From assembly GCA_016181765.1 (NCBI GenBank), contig JACOYR010000002.1, forward strand, positions 1 to 63,828: a stretch of DNA of 63,828 nt, given 5' to 3'. Shown here one piece after another: positions 32,501 through 39,056 of this stretch (its first letter is position 1; every line of letters begins with the position of its first letter). The position numbers were made by a program, and so were the translations under genes. The notes below the pieces were generated by a model. It was not told where the DNA came from, made no database searches, and was given only the letters and a program-made list of their open reading frames with translations. Source of the stretch: Parcubacteria group bacterium. Lineage in GTDB: Bacteria; Patescibacteriota; Patescibacteriia; UBA2169.

Positions 32501-34570
32501 GGTATAGGGCTTGATAGTGATTTCCTGCGATGCGTCACTCGGCGCAATCGCGCCGGCTCCGGGCACATATATGACATTCAAATCCTCTCCGTTCAAATTC
32601 CAGCCACCTTCTTCGGGTGCCGGAGGAACAAGCGAACCGATGGAGCCGATTCCCGAAGGCCTTGCGCTAAACAACTCTTCATCAAACCCCGGGTTCTTGA
32701 TGTAGTTGACTCCCGGGACCAGTGGAATCACCTCCTGGCTTTCTGCTTGGGATGCGCTACAGGACTGGGCGTTGTTGTTCAAATAAATCTTTTTGCTCTG
32801 GTCCCACGCATCTCCGCTCGGCTTGGTGCTGTACCACTTGCATCCGGCGGCCTGGGCCGTGCACCCCGCATTATCCACGTATGCGGTTAATAGATTAAGG
32901 GGCTTGGGCGAGGTAAAGCTCTGGCAGGTCGCGTACTGGGGTTCGCACGATTGGCCGGTAAGCTGCCAGGTAACGCGCTCCCGCGTGCAGTACCCAAATC
33001 CGCCGGTGCAGTTTCCGTTCGCATCTTCGTTCAAACAGCTTGCCAGGTCAACGCACACGCTCTGCCGGTTCGGGGACTGGGCGTGCTCCGGCAAAGAGCT
33101 GTACGCGAGCGCCCGGCACTCGGCCTGGGGCAAGGCGAGCACCCACGCCGGATCAACTAAATGGGAAATGCTCTGGCCGCCTTCGGGGCACCCCTCGGCG
33201 CCAGCCGGGACGTCAAAACAATCAAGCAATTTCTTGAACGGAACAGCCTGGGATCCCAAACGGCTTGCCGCAAGCTCCCATCCCAGGGGAACCACGCGCA
33301 AGAACCGCAAGCGCTTGAGGTTTTCCTCGGAGAGGTTGGGCTGGCTTGCAACGTGGGCCTGGGGGAACAGCGTGTCTCCCGGAATCATGCCCTGCTCCAC
33401 TGCCTGTGCCACGGTAAGCTTCTGCTCCACAGCCTGTTTGAACCCGTCCGAGAGCAAACAGTTGTACGGAGACTGGTACACGTTCGGGTCCTCCGAAGCC
33501 GGGCAGATGCTCATATCTGAAATCAGATTAACGGAGCCGCCGGAAATCCCGAACGACGGCGGCTCGCCGAACACGTTCTTAAACGACGCCTGGGAAACCG
33601 CGGCAGTGGACCCCAAACCCCCGGGACCCCGGCCGCCGGTCCTGGCAATGTTCCCGCGCAACAGCCCCCTCTGGAGCCTGCGCAAATAGGTCTGCGCGAA
33701 CGTGTTCGCGAAAATCGCGGCCGCGTCCACAAATATGTCTCCGGTGGGCTGTACGTCCTGCTTTAAAGCTTTCTCGGTGGCCTGTTTTTGTGTCTCGGTC
33801 ACCTGGAACGAAGGCGTGACAGTCACGCCGGTAATCAAATCTTTGACTGCCTTTGGCACTTCTCCGGCGCGCTCTATCTTTTCCTGCTCTATCTGCTTCT
33901 GCTTCTCTTTTTGCACGTTCTCGCGCAATACCAAAAACGCTCCCAGCTCATTGCGGTCAAGCTCAAATCCCTTGGAAAGATTCTTAAAAGCCTGCTTCTG
34001 GTTTGCGAATGCGGCGCCGAAATTGCCCGTGATATCCGAAAGGCTGCATCCGGTCTTTCCTAAATCACCGGATGTGGCAAGGCCAGGGCGATCCGGAAAC
34101 AAATCAATATCCTGGATTGATTTTGAAACGCCAATGGTCAGCTTCAAACGGGACTGCACGCTTTGCGGGCTGCACAAGTTGATGGGCAGGCCCTGGGACA
34201 CGTTCACCAGAAACGTTCCCGCGATTTGGTCGCCAATATCCGTAAGCGCGTCCCCCAGGGGCTGCTGGAACACGAGCGGCTTTTTGCCTTTGTCCCCGCT
34301 CGCAAGCCAGACCGCGCTGTCCTGCGCCAGGCGGTAGGTAATGAAGCGCAATGCCGAGTGGAACGCGACCGAACCCACGACTTTCTTGATGCGACTAAAA
34401 ATGCTTTCCGTTTTACGCGGCACATCTTCAACCGTAACAACAGGAATCACCGCGTGGCTGGGCGCAACACTCCCAACAAACATAAAAACCATCACTGACA
34501 GCGCCAGTAGTATCCGCGCTCCTCTGGGTTGGTTCCGCCTCTTCGGCGGATATATTTTGTGTGTATGCAT
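26516..34570 (-). CDS. Giant (2684 aa) Cys-rich extracellular/surface protein with C-terminal PKD-like and two Fn3-like domains
   Basis: One uninterrupted ORF. N-terminal signal/anchor ARILLALSVMVFMFVGSVAPSHA. Recurrent C-x(4-8)-C-x-[AEKW]-[FYW] modules. C-terminal FVFTHVYQKAGPVSPKVRVEDNWG (PKD-like) and ..GYKVRVKK.. (Fn3-like). Confidence 0.85.
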   Translation of the reverse strand: MHTHKIYPPKRRNQPRGARILLALSVMVFMFVGSVAPSHAVIPVVTVEDVPRKTESIFSRIKKVVGSVAFHSALRFITYRLAQDSAVWLASGDKGKKPLVFQQPLGDALTDIGDQIAGTFLVNVSQGLPINLCSPQSVQSRLKLTIGVSKSIQDIDLFPDRPGLATSGDLGKTGCSLSDITGNFGAAFANQKQAFKNLSKGFELDRNELGAFLVLRENVQKEKQKQIEQEKIERAGEVPKAVKDLITGVTVTPSFQVTETQKQATEKALKQDVQPTGDIFVDAAAIFANTFAQTYLRRLQRGLLRGNIARTGGRGPGGLGSTAAVSQASFKNVFGEPPSFGISGGSVNLISDMSICPASEDPNVYQSPYNCLLSDGFKQAVEQKLTVAQAVEQGMIPGDTLFPQAHVASQPNLSEENLKRLRFLRVVPLGWELAASRLGSQAVPFKKLLDCFDVPAGAEGCPEGGQSISHLVDPAWVLALPQAECRALAYSSLPEHAQSPNRQSVCVDLASCLNEDANGNCTGGFGYCTRERVTWQLTGQSCEPQYATCQSFTSPKPLNLLTAYVDNAGCTAQAAGCKWYSTKPSGDAWDQSKKIYLNNNAQSCSASQAESQEVIPLVPGVNYIKNPGFDEELFSARPSGIGSIGSLVPPAPEEGGWNLNGEDLNVIYVPGAGAIAPSDASQEITIKPYTYYTFSFFAFPNPNDAAVLDAIIEVSASGPLKSVSFPDYSFAESNTLTLAVPNLGTYQGSRFAATFYSANQTRVVIHLKNRALYDDIQLEEIKLQQGADAIATVAIASQKGIATLNTVPVSGSFNVASPTTAYKAYGTENKSVFADAGECTAEETSARPYTPVAGGSARYARLTANGLCAAACNGFDTLLAMPTPIERLVDPNTRPTRAQFIPNQAQSCTREQVGCEAFTNAQTEARAYFNRIESCVLDANPNTATFYTWEGNNLKTWQLLKDVHSGGPCAVFPQGARQGAVDPASASCQDQAGGSPVCSDDEQGTLCRTFISDENGVEYRRDANKIVTASGQCTQFRRAAEAGGVQESWYFIPSEANQCSSAAVGCREYKGKRANVVRSLFTEPFEGELDDYQDASQWDIPNVGLSSDTAANQGRSVLFDARLSMMQAFADAIAGRSFAGNTYELRFVAKGTSLGGVAITGAHLTTAGGGDEWFFRGSGSPNAVAGDPPNIIAPEQWRDYALGPLYWPRDEEPAFLRITVGGGALLLDDMELVQIPDTYYRLESSTVSRTQGGNQPDACYNPDPDGDPALDRTIPRWNSCQAYRDDKSNTYYVSEFDKLFGNARSLTCTAVIDTRNSDYPYSQAFSMGTEASPAWHAVPADTVNYRYIDPANKVAASAAGCTALGSPPAGSDPDTAVADWSAAYKRVDPDEFTGANGSLCNQEGLWCEAFTAASGGTYYFRDPGDKLCAWNPDAPGTNGQGGFVQPDDPNALCNTTGGYVPLCPAEANSCTAYKPTRSDLSEGAATTLFRIADEVSAGDCTGPSVDAGCVEFSKGHFTSASGQYDPAAIPKSKFSDAEPGVLSVTQARQCAEWLAPTTTSQAKEPSTQAERTVTYDLGRCQQMNPSGTACVKWVTPLSGDYPPAYKDGGVATVFDLDEYRGRYDGGKTIYSGAWDYSGYSLPNQYPVEVLAESGTGADTRLGYLGAGAMGLECRGYPEQDSPFSRGSIQERSNYSQPVNFGQSSRLRNLNLCEESGENCQCSYKKVDALDQTVYLPKASQRALPADTRQISSHQGWYGYCLERSPVLDPSGNSACLAWWPVDVVQGKPNVFENHPEAGFVASQPLYYCAAGKGNRIDNSTFFITPGEERDNTYVLALAEGGDPEARRVAYDANFYECSATNDFCKVDGTRGSGGGIDHPVRPLVQGNTATGAGQQSATGLLQFPVKPQSPLGKLYEYDIEAIKLVVKRQQDSGWPTANEEFIINRDGSARSSLGVLPETRDNRWTTLWCGGSRNANCDFGGEYSWDKFMLPIMNSDNCGEGGADPISSGNNTNIFALRARFAGPDGSVDGFNVNGTNVGGNGPPSFPPGSIRGDASPINPYQFLGFEGGFCDNTNDTGWVDFQIKFQLREWCTDVVAVTGEEGENKAWTGRIQGNGKDWFIAATKYLLDNGGLFQELYTTDFMFVQDAKPFGAITPPAETIYDPTKWDARLDEEKDEFTGETKALEPGVQPLYVEDSIGQVRAGSPYSCKGPGGCIVPPSSDSPAIETTWIGGVDTDAISNRTAMTYLKQIFAKVYRWWQWSTGLARYVSSATNVNTEYPDGDPLNPVFSTVVGDAAIINPTFGQCPVIQAARRSERGYEPEDNEKNVPINSNCGISNNYGRYSINGTPIAHSGAGKASGEPNNSIEAYVGEEVRLEFYGYNFNGEQLPLRKITIDWVGDTDGDGNTNAAPEDITTISGNFKNHRWDCGEGLPEWGRKPAACNNKPFVFTHVYQKAGPVSPKVRVEDNWGVYSWSSYNPNTPVLQIEYLDLSIMPPENLRITDPAGDISQGAGVTFAWDAPASQTGITGYKVRVKKDFSNGSTVVEPSGAHQGEDERSLIIIGDQNLKSLLFQARTCTDDGCGPPATQFVAFKPMQAVISSFAPGIPAFGDEVTVNWGPPVSLADFYEVEITKDNGAPVTIDAADIFYAIPYEPEGLASVQARVRGCNNLVCGNYSSPVSFTYQ

Positions 34571-34578
34571 GCTTCCTT

Positions 34579-34619
34579 GTCATTGCGAGCCCGTCTCCTT
34601 GGCGGGCGAAGCAATCCTA
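34579..34619. repeat. Inverted-repeat element, forward arm (GTCATTGCGAG-hairpin-GAAGCAATC)
   Basis: Same arm as at 38263-38290. The reverse arm is at 35514-35551. Confidence 0.75.
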
Positions 34620-34625
34620 TCGTCG

Positions 34626-35495
34626 CTACAGGGCTTGCGCCTGACGTATCCTCTTTCTTAATATTTTTTTCTCCGGATTTTTCAAAAAATTCTTTCTGGA
34701 TACAACCGATCGCCCCAGCCTCTTTTCCAGCTTTTTTCTGGCTCCGCCGGCAATATCCCCGCCAGCTTTGGCGTCGGCTTTAAGTTTTGGCATGCCTTGC
34801 GAATCCTCGGTGCGGTGGATTTCGGTAGTGGCACGCTCGCCCAGCATATTAAAAATCAATTCAAAATCATCCATATGGTCGCGCAGATTCTGCCGTTTGA
34901 GGCCCTTGAGCTTTTTGTACTGGCTCGGCGTGATGCCAAACGCGGCTTTGGAAATCTCGGCGGTTAAAATTTCGTAATCCTTCTGCTCCTGCGCGCCCCG
35001 CTTCTGCCATTCATCCGTCAACTCCTCGCGGATGGCAATGCCCCGCATCCGCTTTTCAATCCAATCATCGCTGTAGCCCTTGAGTTTGTAAAGCATCCTT
35101 GTCCGTTTAGTGGCCAGTTCCGGATTTTCTATCTCTTGCAAACGCTCATAGCCGACCTTGGCCAGCCAGCGCTTAAACGGTTCGGCTTTGGGAGAGGGAA
35201 TAGACTGAATGAGCCGAAATATACCCTCCGTATTCCAGCAATACATTTTTTGCCTTCCTCCGCCAGTTCCCATTTCCAGCATAAGGGGTGGTACAAATTG
35301 TACCCCCCCTTGGTCAGTAAGTTTTGCCAACTCATCATCTCTCTGCTTTAATCTTTTAAAATATTGAGCCGGATCATTAGAATCTGTCAGTGACTCAATA
35401 ACATCATTAACCACAAACCACCACTCGTTGTTATAAAGTGTTTTCCTGATCTGCTTGCCTTTGAATAAGGCGATTTTGGTTTGCGTGTATGACAT
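34626..35495 (-). CDS. Bro-N-domain protein (DinD / phage antirepressor-like)
   Basis: ALFKGKQIRKTLYNNEWWFVVNDV...YCWNTEGIFRLIQSIPSPKAEPFKRWLAKVGYERLQEIENPE. The start at MSYTQTK avoids the 19 repeat-encoded codons of the track ORF. Confidence 0.7.
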   Translation of the reverse strand: MSYTQTKIALFKGKQIRKTLYNNEWWFVVNDVIESLTDSNDPAQYFKRLKQRDDELAKLTDQGGVQFVPPLMLEMGTGGGRQKMYCWNTEGIFRLIQSIPSPKAEPFKRWLAKVGYERLQEIENPELATKRTRMLYKLKGYSDDWIEKRMRGIAIREELTDEWQKRGAQEQKDYEILTAEISKAAFGITPSQYKKLKGLKRQNLRDHMDDFELIFNMLGERATTEIHRTEDSQGMPKLKADAKAGGDIAGGARKKLEKRLGRSVVSRKNFLKNPEKKILRKRIRQAQAL

Positions 35496-35513
35496 GCTTC
35501 CTCGCGAAATTAA

Positions 35514-35551
35514 GATTGCTTCGGCCTTGAATACAAGGCCTCGCAATGACA
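35514..35551. repeat. Inverted-repeat element, reverse arm (GATTGCTTC-hairpin-CTCGCAATGAC)
   Basis: Reverse complement of the 34579-34619 arm type. Confidence 0.75.
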
Positions 35552-36154
35552 TTATGGCGTTTGTTGTTCCTCCGCAACTTCCTGGAACAGTTGCACCAAA
35601 TCTTCGTCCGAAGTTCCGGCAAGCTGGTCTTCCGGAATGCCGGAATCGCGCAAGAGCGCGCGGATCTGTTCGGCAGTGGGAATGCCCCCGGCCTCAAGCG
35701 CATCCAGGGCAGCCTGGGACTCCGGAGAAAAATCCGTTGCTTCCGGCGAACCTTGCCCTGCTTCTGCCGAAGCCCCCAGCTCGGCTGCGGTGAGCTCTTC
35801 CTGGATGCCCTCAAGCGTATTAATGATGTCGCTGCCGCATACCCTGCCCGCGGGGCAGACCGGATCCGTGCCAAGGGCAACTTCTTCCGAATCCGTTGCC
35901 CCGTCCGAATCCGAATCAGCAAGATACGGCGAGGTTTTGTGCACGTTCAGCTCGCTCCAGTCATCAAGCCCGTCTTCGTCCGTATCAATCACCCGGAGCC
36001 GCGCATCATCAAACGCGGCGGCGCTGGTTGCGGCATTGGATTCCTGGGTTCCCACGTTCACAATCTTGATCTTTTGGTTGATGCTCGCCGCCCCGAAAAA
36101 CACCGCAGTTGCCGCAAACACCCAGAACCCTATTTTAATCAATTTGTCGTGCAT
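35552..36154 (-). CDS. Membrane-anchored protein with thrombospondin type-3-like Ca-binding repeats
   Basis: N-terminal TM helix (IGFWVFAATAVFFGAA), DTDEDGLDDWSE, DSDSDGATDSEE. Confidence 0.7.
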   Translation of the reverse strand: MHDKLIKIGFWVFAATAVFFGAASINQKIKIVNVGTQESNAATSAAAFDDARLRVIDTDEDGLDDWSELNVHKTSPYLADSDSDGATDSEEVALGTDPVCPAGRVCGSDIINTLEGIQEELTAAELGASAEAGQGSPEATDFSPESQAALDALEAGGIPTAEQIRALLRDSGIPEDQLAGTSDEDLVQLFQEVAEEQQTP

Positions 36155-36182
36155 GTGAGTGGATGTATTATATCACAAAACA

Positions 36183-37049
36183 CTATGTTTTTCCTAGAGC
36201 CCCCACAAGGCGAATCCAATCCGGAATTGAGAGCTCCTGGGCTCGTGCGGTTTCGGGCAGTTTTGATTGCTTGAGCGCCTTCTTAATGGCGTCTTGCGGC
36301 AGTGATAAGCCTGCGGCCAGGTTGTTGCGCAGTTGTTTCCGCGGACTTGCAAAACCAATGTGGCTAATCTGCCAGAATCGCTTCTCATCAATTACCTTCC
36401 CCTCCTTTATTAAGGAGGGGATTAAGGGGTGGTTCGGTATTGCGCTGACATCGTCTATCACCAAAAGCGCGGAATCAACCCGGGGCTCGGGCCAAAACGC
36501 TTCCCGCGGGACATTAAACGCGATAGAGGGCTTGGCGTACAGCTGAACCGATAATCCGAGCAAGCTTAAATCCCCGGGCGCGGCGCATACGCGTTCCGCA
36601 ACTTCTTTCTGCACCAAAAGCACCAAGCCCGCGGGCTTCGGCAATTCAGATGACACGAACTTCTTGATGATGCGGCCGGTAATGTGGTACGGAATGTTTG
36701 AAACAACGCGGTACGGCTCCTTGTTAAACCACGCCGCAATTTCTTGGTTTGAGAATGAGAGTATGTCGCCCTGGATAACGCGCACTGGCTTTGATGCGCC
36801 AAACTCGTTTGAGAGGTAGTGTGCGAGCTTTCTATCAAATTCAACCGCAACAACATTCGCCCCGCGACCGGCCAGCGCGCGCGTTAACACCCCGAATCCG
36901 GGCCCGATTTCAAGAATGTTCTCATTTTTTTTGGGTGCAGCGGCTATAATGATGCGTTCAAGAACTTTCTCATCAACCAAAAAATGCTGGCCCGAATCAG
37001 GGGAAGGCCGCACGCCCAGCTTCTCTGCCAGTGTCTGCGGGTTCGGCAT
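36183..37049 (-). CDS. rsmA: 16S rRNA (adenine1518/1519-N6)-dimethyltransferase
   Basis: GQHFLVD, EIGPGFGVLT, NIPYHIT. Also known as KsgA. Confidence 0.9.
   Translation of the reverse strand: MPNPQTLAEKLGVRPSPDSGQHFLVDEKVLERIIIAAAPKKNENILEIGPGFGVLTRALAGRGANVVAVEFDRKLAHYLSNEFGASKPVRVIQGDILSFSNQEIAAWFNKEPYRVVSNIPYHITGRIIKKFVSSELPKPAGLVLLVQKEVAERVCAAPGDLSLLGLSVQLYAKPSIAFNVPREAFWPEPRVDSALLVIDDVSAIPNHPLIPSLIKEGKVIDEKRFWQISHIGFASPRKQLRNNLAAGLSLPQDAIKKALKQSKLPETARAQELSIPDWIRLVGALGKT
36397..36435. repeat. G-rich hairpin repeat, copy 3, in frame inside rsmA
   Basis: CCCCTCCTT-tatt-AAGGAGGGG-att-AAGGGGTGGTT. Read on the minus strand it encodes PNHPLIPSLIKEGK. Confidence 0.75.
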
Positions 37050-37052
37050 AGG

Positions 37053-38252
37053 TTAGCGCCGTAAAAGCCGGATCGGTTCGTACTTGATGAGCGAATACAA
37101 GAGCGTCATAAGAGCCGCGATGATGAAGAGTGCCCTGAACGATTCCGGAAACCGCCAAAACACGACGAGTGATGCGAGTATTGCCAGAATCTTGCCCACA
37201 ATCAGGGACATTTCAAAAAAGATCACGGTCTTCATGATGCTCGTCTGGTTTGCGTGGTCATAGGTTTCCGCCATCATGGGAATCACCACCACGTTCTTGG
37301 TGGTCCTGCCCAGGGCGTCCGTTGCGAACACGCCGAACACTCCTGCCACCCACAGGCGCAAGAGCCACACCAGAGAGCTGAACATCGCGCCCGCCTTGAG
37401 AATAGCCCTGCGGCCTCCCCGGTCCCCGTCCACCATGCGCCCCACGTACAACAGCACCACGGTTGTGGCAAGCGTGGATAGCGCAACCACGGACCCGATT
37501 TCAAAAAAGTTGGTAAGTATGGTGTAGATGAACACCGGCCAGATCACCATCACAATGAGCTCTTCACCGAACCCCAGGTACCCGATGAAATTCCTGCGGT
37601 TCTCGCGGTAAAAAAGCCTCCGGAAACTATGGAAGTATGAGAACGGCACCGGCGTAAACCGCTCCGGAGTCGCGAGCAGGGGCAAATTGGAGGCAAGGAT
37701 GATGATGGTTGCGGCCGCGAACAGCGCCTTGAATCCCCATGCCGCGAGCAGGGCGCCGCCGAGGAGCGGCCCGGCAATGGACATGATCATGGTTGCGAGG
37801 AGCAAGTTGGAAAGCTCGCGCCCGCGTTCGCTCCCCCTCCCGAACCGCGCAAAGTCCGCAAGGTACCCGGGCCAGTAGAACATTTTCTGCACCACGAACG
37901 CGGCAATGGCAAGCCCGACAAACGCCGGGTTCTGGGGGATGAGGAAGAGGAAGATGTAGTAGAGCGCCAAAAACGGGCTCCCCACCAAGATGGCCTTCTC
38001 GTACCCGAACCTGCGCGCGAATTTCGCGCCCAGAGGGATGAACGCCAGATACAGCGCGTACACCGCAAGGTAGAAGAGCAGTATCTGCCGGAGCGAAAAC
38101 CCGAGCTGGTACAGGTAGATGGGCTCAAAAATCGCGACCATGGCCGCGGCGAACGTCACAATGGAAACCGAAAGGTAGAGCTCCCGCACCTGGTACGAAA
38201 GCCGGGTCGCAAAAAAGGTTTTAACGGTTGCAAGCGGCTTGAAACTTGGCAT
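37053..38252 (-). CDS. MFS-type transporter
   Basis: 399 aa with about 12 hydrophobic segments. Confidence 0.75.
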   Translation of the reverse strand: MPSFKPLATVKTFFATRLSYQVRELYLSVSIVTFAAAMVAIFEPIYLYQLGFSLRQILLFYLAVYALYLAFIPLGAKFARRFGYEKAILVGSPFLALYYIFLFLIPQNPAFVGLAIAAFVVQKMFYWPGYLADFARFGRGSERGRELSNLLLATMIMSIAGPLLGGALLAAWGFKALFAAATIIILASNLPLLATPERFTPVPFSYFHSFRRLFYRENRRNFIGYLGFGEELIVMVIWPVFIYTILTNFFEIGSVVALSTLATTVVLLYVGRMVDGDRGGRRAILKAGAMFSSLVWLLRLWVAGVFGVFATDALGRTTKNVVVIPMMAETYDHANQTSIMKTVIFFEMSLIVGKILAILASLVVFWRFPESFRALFIIAALMTLLYSLIKYEPIRLLRR

Positions 38253-38262
38253 TTTGTTTTAT

Positions 38263-38367
38263 GTCATTGCGAGGCCGAAGGCCGAAGCAATCTTATCAAC
38301 GCGCTAAAGCATGCAATACACATACTCAAAATCGTTGATAGGATTGCTTCACTTCGTTCGCAATGAC
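38263..38367. repeat. Complete small inverted-repeat element (both arms plus inner TATCAACG/CGTTGATA repeat)
   Basis: GTCATTGCGAGGCCGAAGGCCGAAGCAATC ... GATTGCTTCacttcgtTCGCAATGAC. Confidence 0.8.
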
Positions 38368-38930
38368 AACTTTATCGCCCCTTCGCGGAGCACCGTTACG
38401 TTATTATCCCATACTTTTACGAAGGTTGAAACTCTTTTTTGGGGCAACGGGCCTTCGTCAACCACGCAATCAATGAGTGTGAACGCATCGCCGAGCGATT
38501 GTTGAACCGCTTCCACCGCATAGCAGCTCGGCTCGCCTGCCCTGTTCGCTGATGTTGAGACCAGGGGGGCGCCGAGCGCTTTGGAAAGTTCGCGCGCGGT
38601 ACTGTTATCCGGAACGCGGATGGCGATGCATCCGTCTTTGACAGCCAGCGGAGCAAGCCCCTGCTTTTTCGCGGGTAGCACGAGCGTCAATGGTCCGGGC
38701 CAGTGTGCGGCCGCGAGCTCCTCCGCTTTTCCGGAAAATTCTGCCCAGGCTCTGGCCATATCAGCATCAGCCGCAATCAAGGGCAATGTCTTTGACTCTT
38801 CGCGGCCTTTTATCCGAAAAATCTTTTTCACGGCATCCTCATTCGTGGCATCGCACCCCAAAGCATACGCCGTGTCAGTGGGGTACACAATCACTCCCCC
38901 ATTTTTCAAAACTGAAACTGCATCTGTCAT
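38349..38930 (-). CDS. tsaC: L-threonylcarbamoyladenylate synthase (YrdC/Sua5 domain)
   Basis: GGVIVYPTDTAYALGCDATNEDAVKKIFRIKGR...PLVSTSAN. The last codons and the stop lie inside the repeat at 38263-38367. Confidence 0.85.
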   Translation of the reverse strand: MTDAVSVLKNGGVIVYPTDTAYALGCDATNEDAVKKIFRIKGREESKTLPLIAADADMARAWAEFSGKAEELAAAHWPGPLTLVLPAKKQGLAPLAVKDGCIAIRVPDNSTARELSKALGAPLVSTSANRAGEPSCYAVEAVQQSLGDAFTLIDCVVDEGPLPQKRVSTFVKVWDNNVTVLREGAIKLSLRTK

Positions 38931-38938
38931 ATTTTAAT

Positions 38939-39052
38939 CGTCATGCTGGAGCCATGTACTCATGGCGATAGCATCTCCGCGACTGACAGACAAGATTCTA
39001 TCCTATCGCTACGCTCCAGGATGACGCGGCGAGTACGCCTCCAGAATGACGC
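38939..39052. repeat. Second inverted-repeat family (GTCATGCTGGAGC ... GCTCCAGGATGAC, plus a third arm CTCCAGAATGAC)
   Basis: Arms at 38940-38978 and 38993-39024 are mutually complementary. An extra half-arm lies at 39037-39052. Confidence 0.7.
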
Positions 39053-39056
39053 AAAG

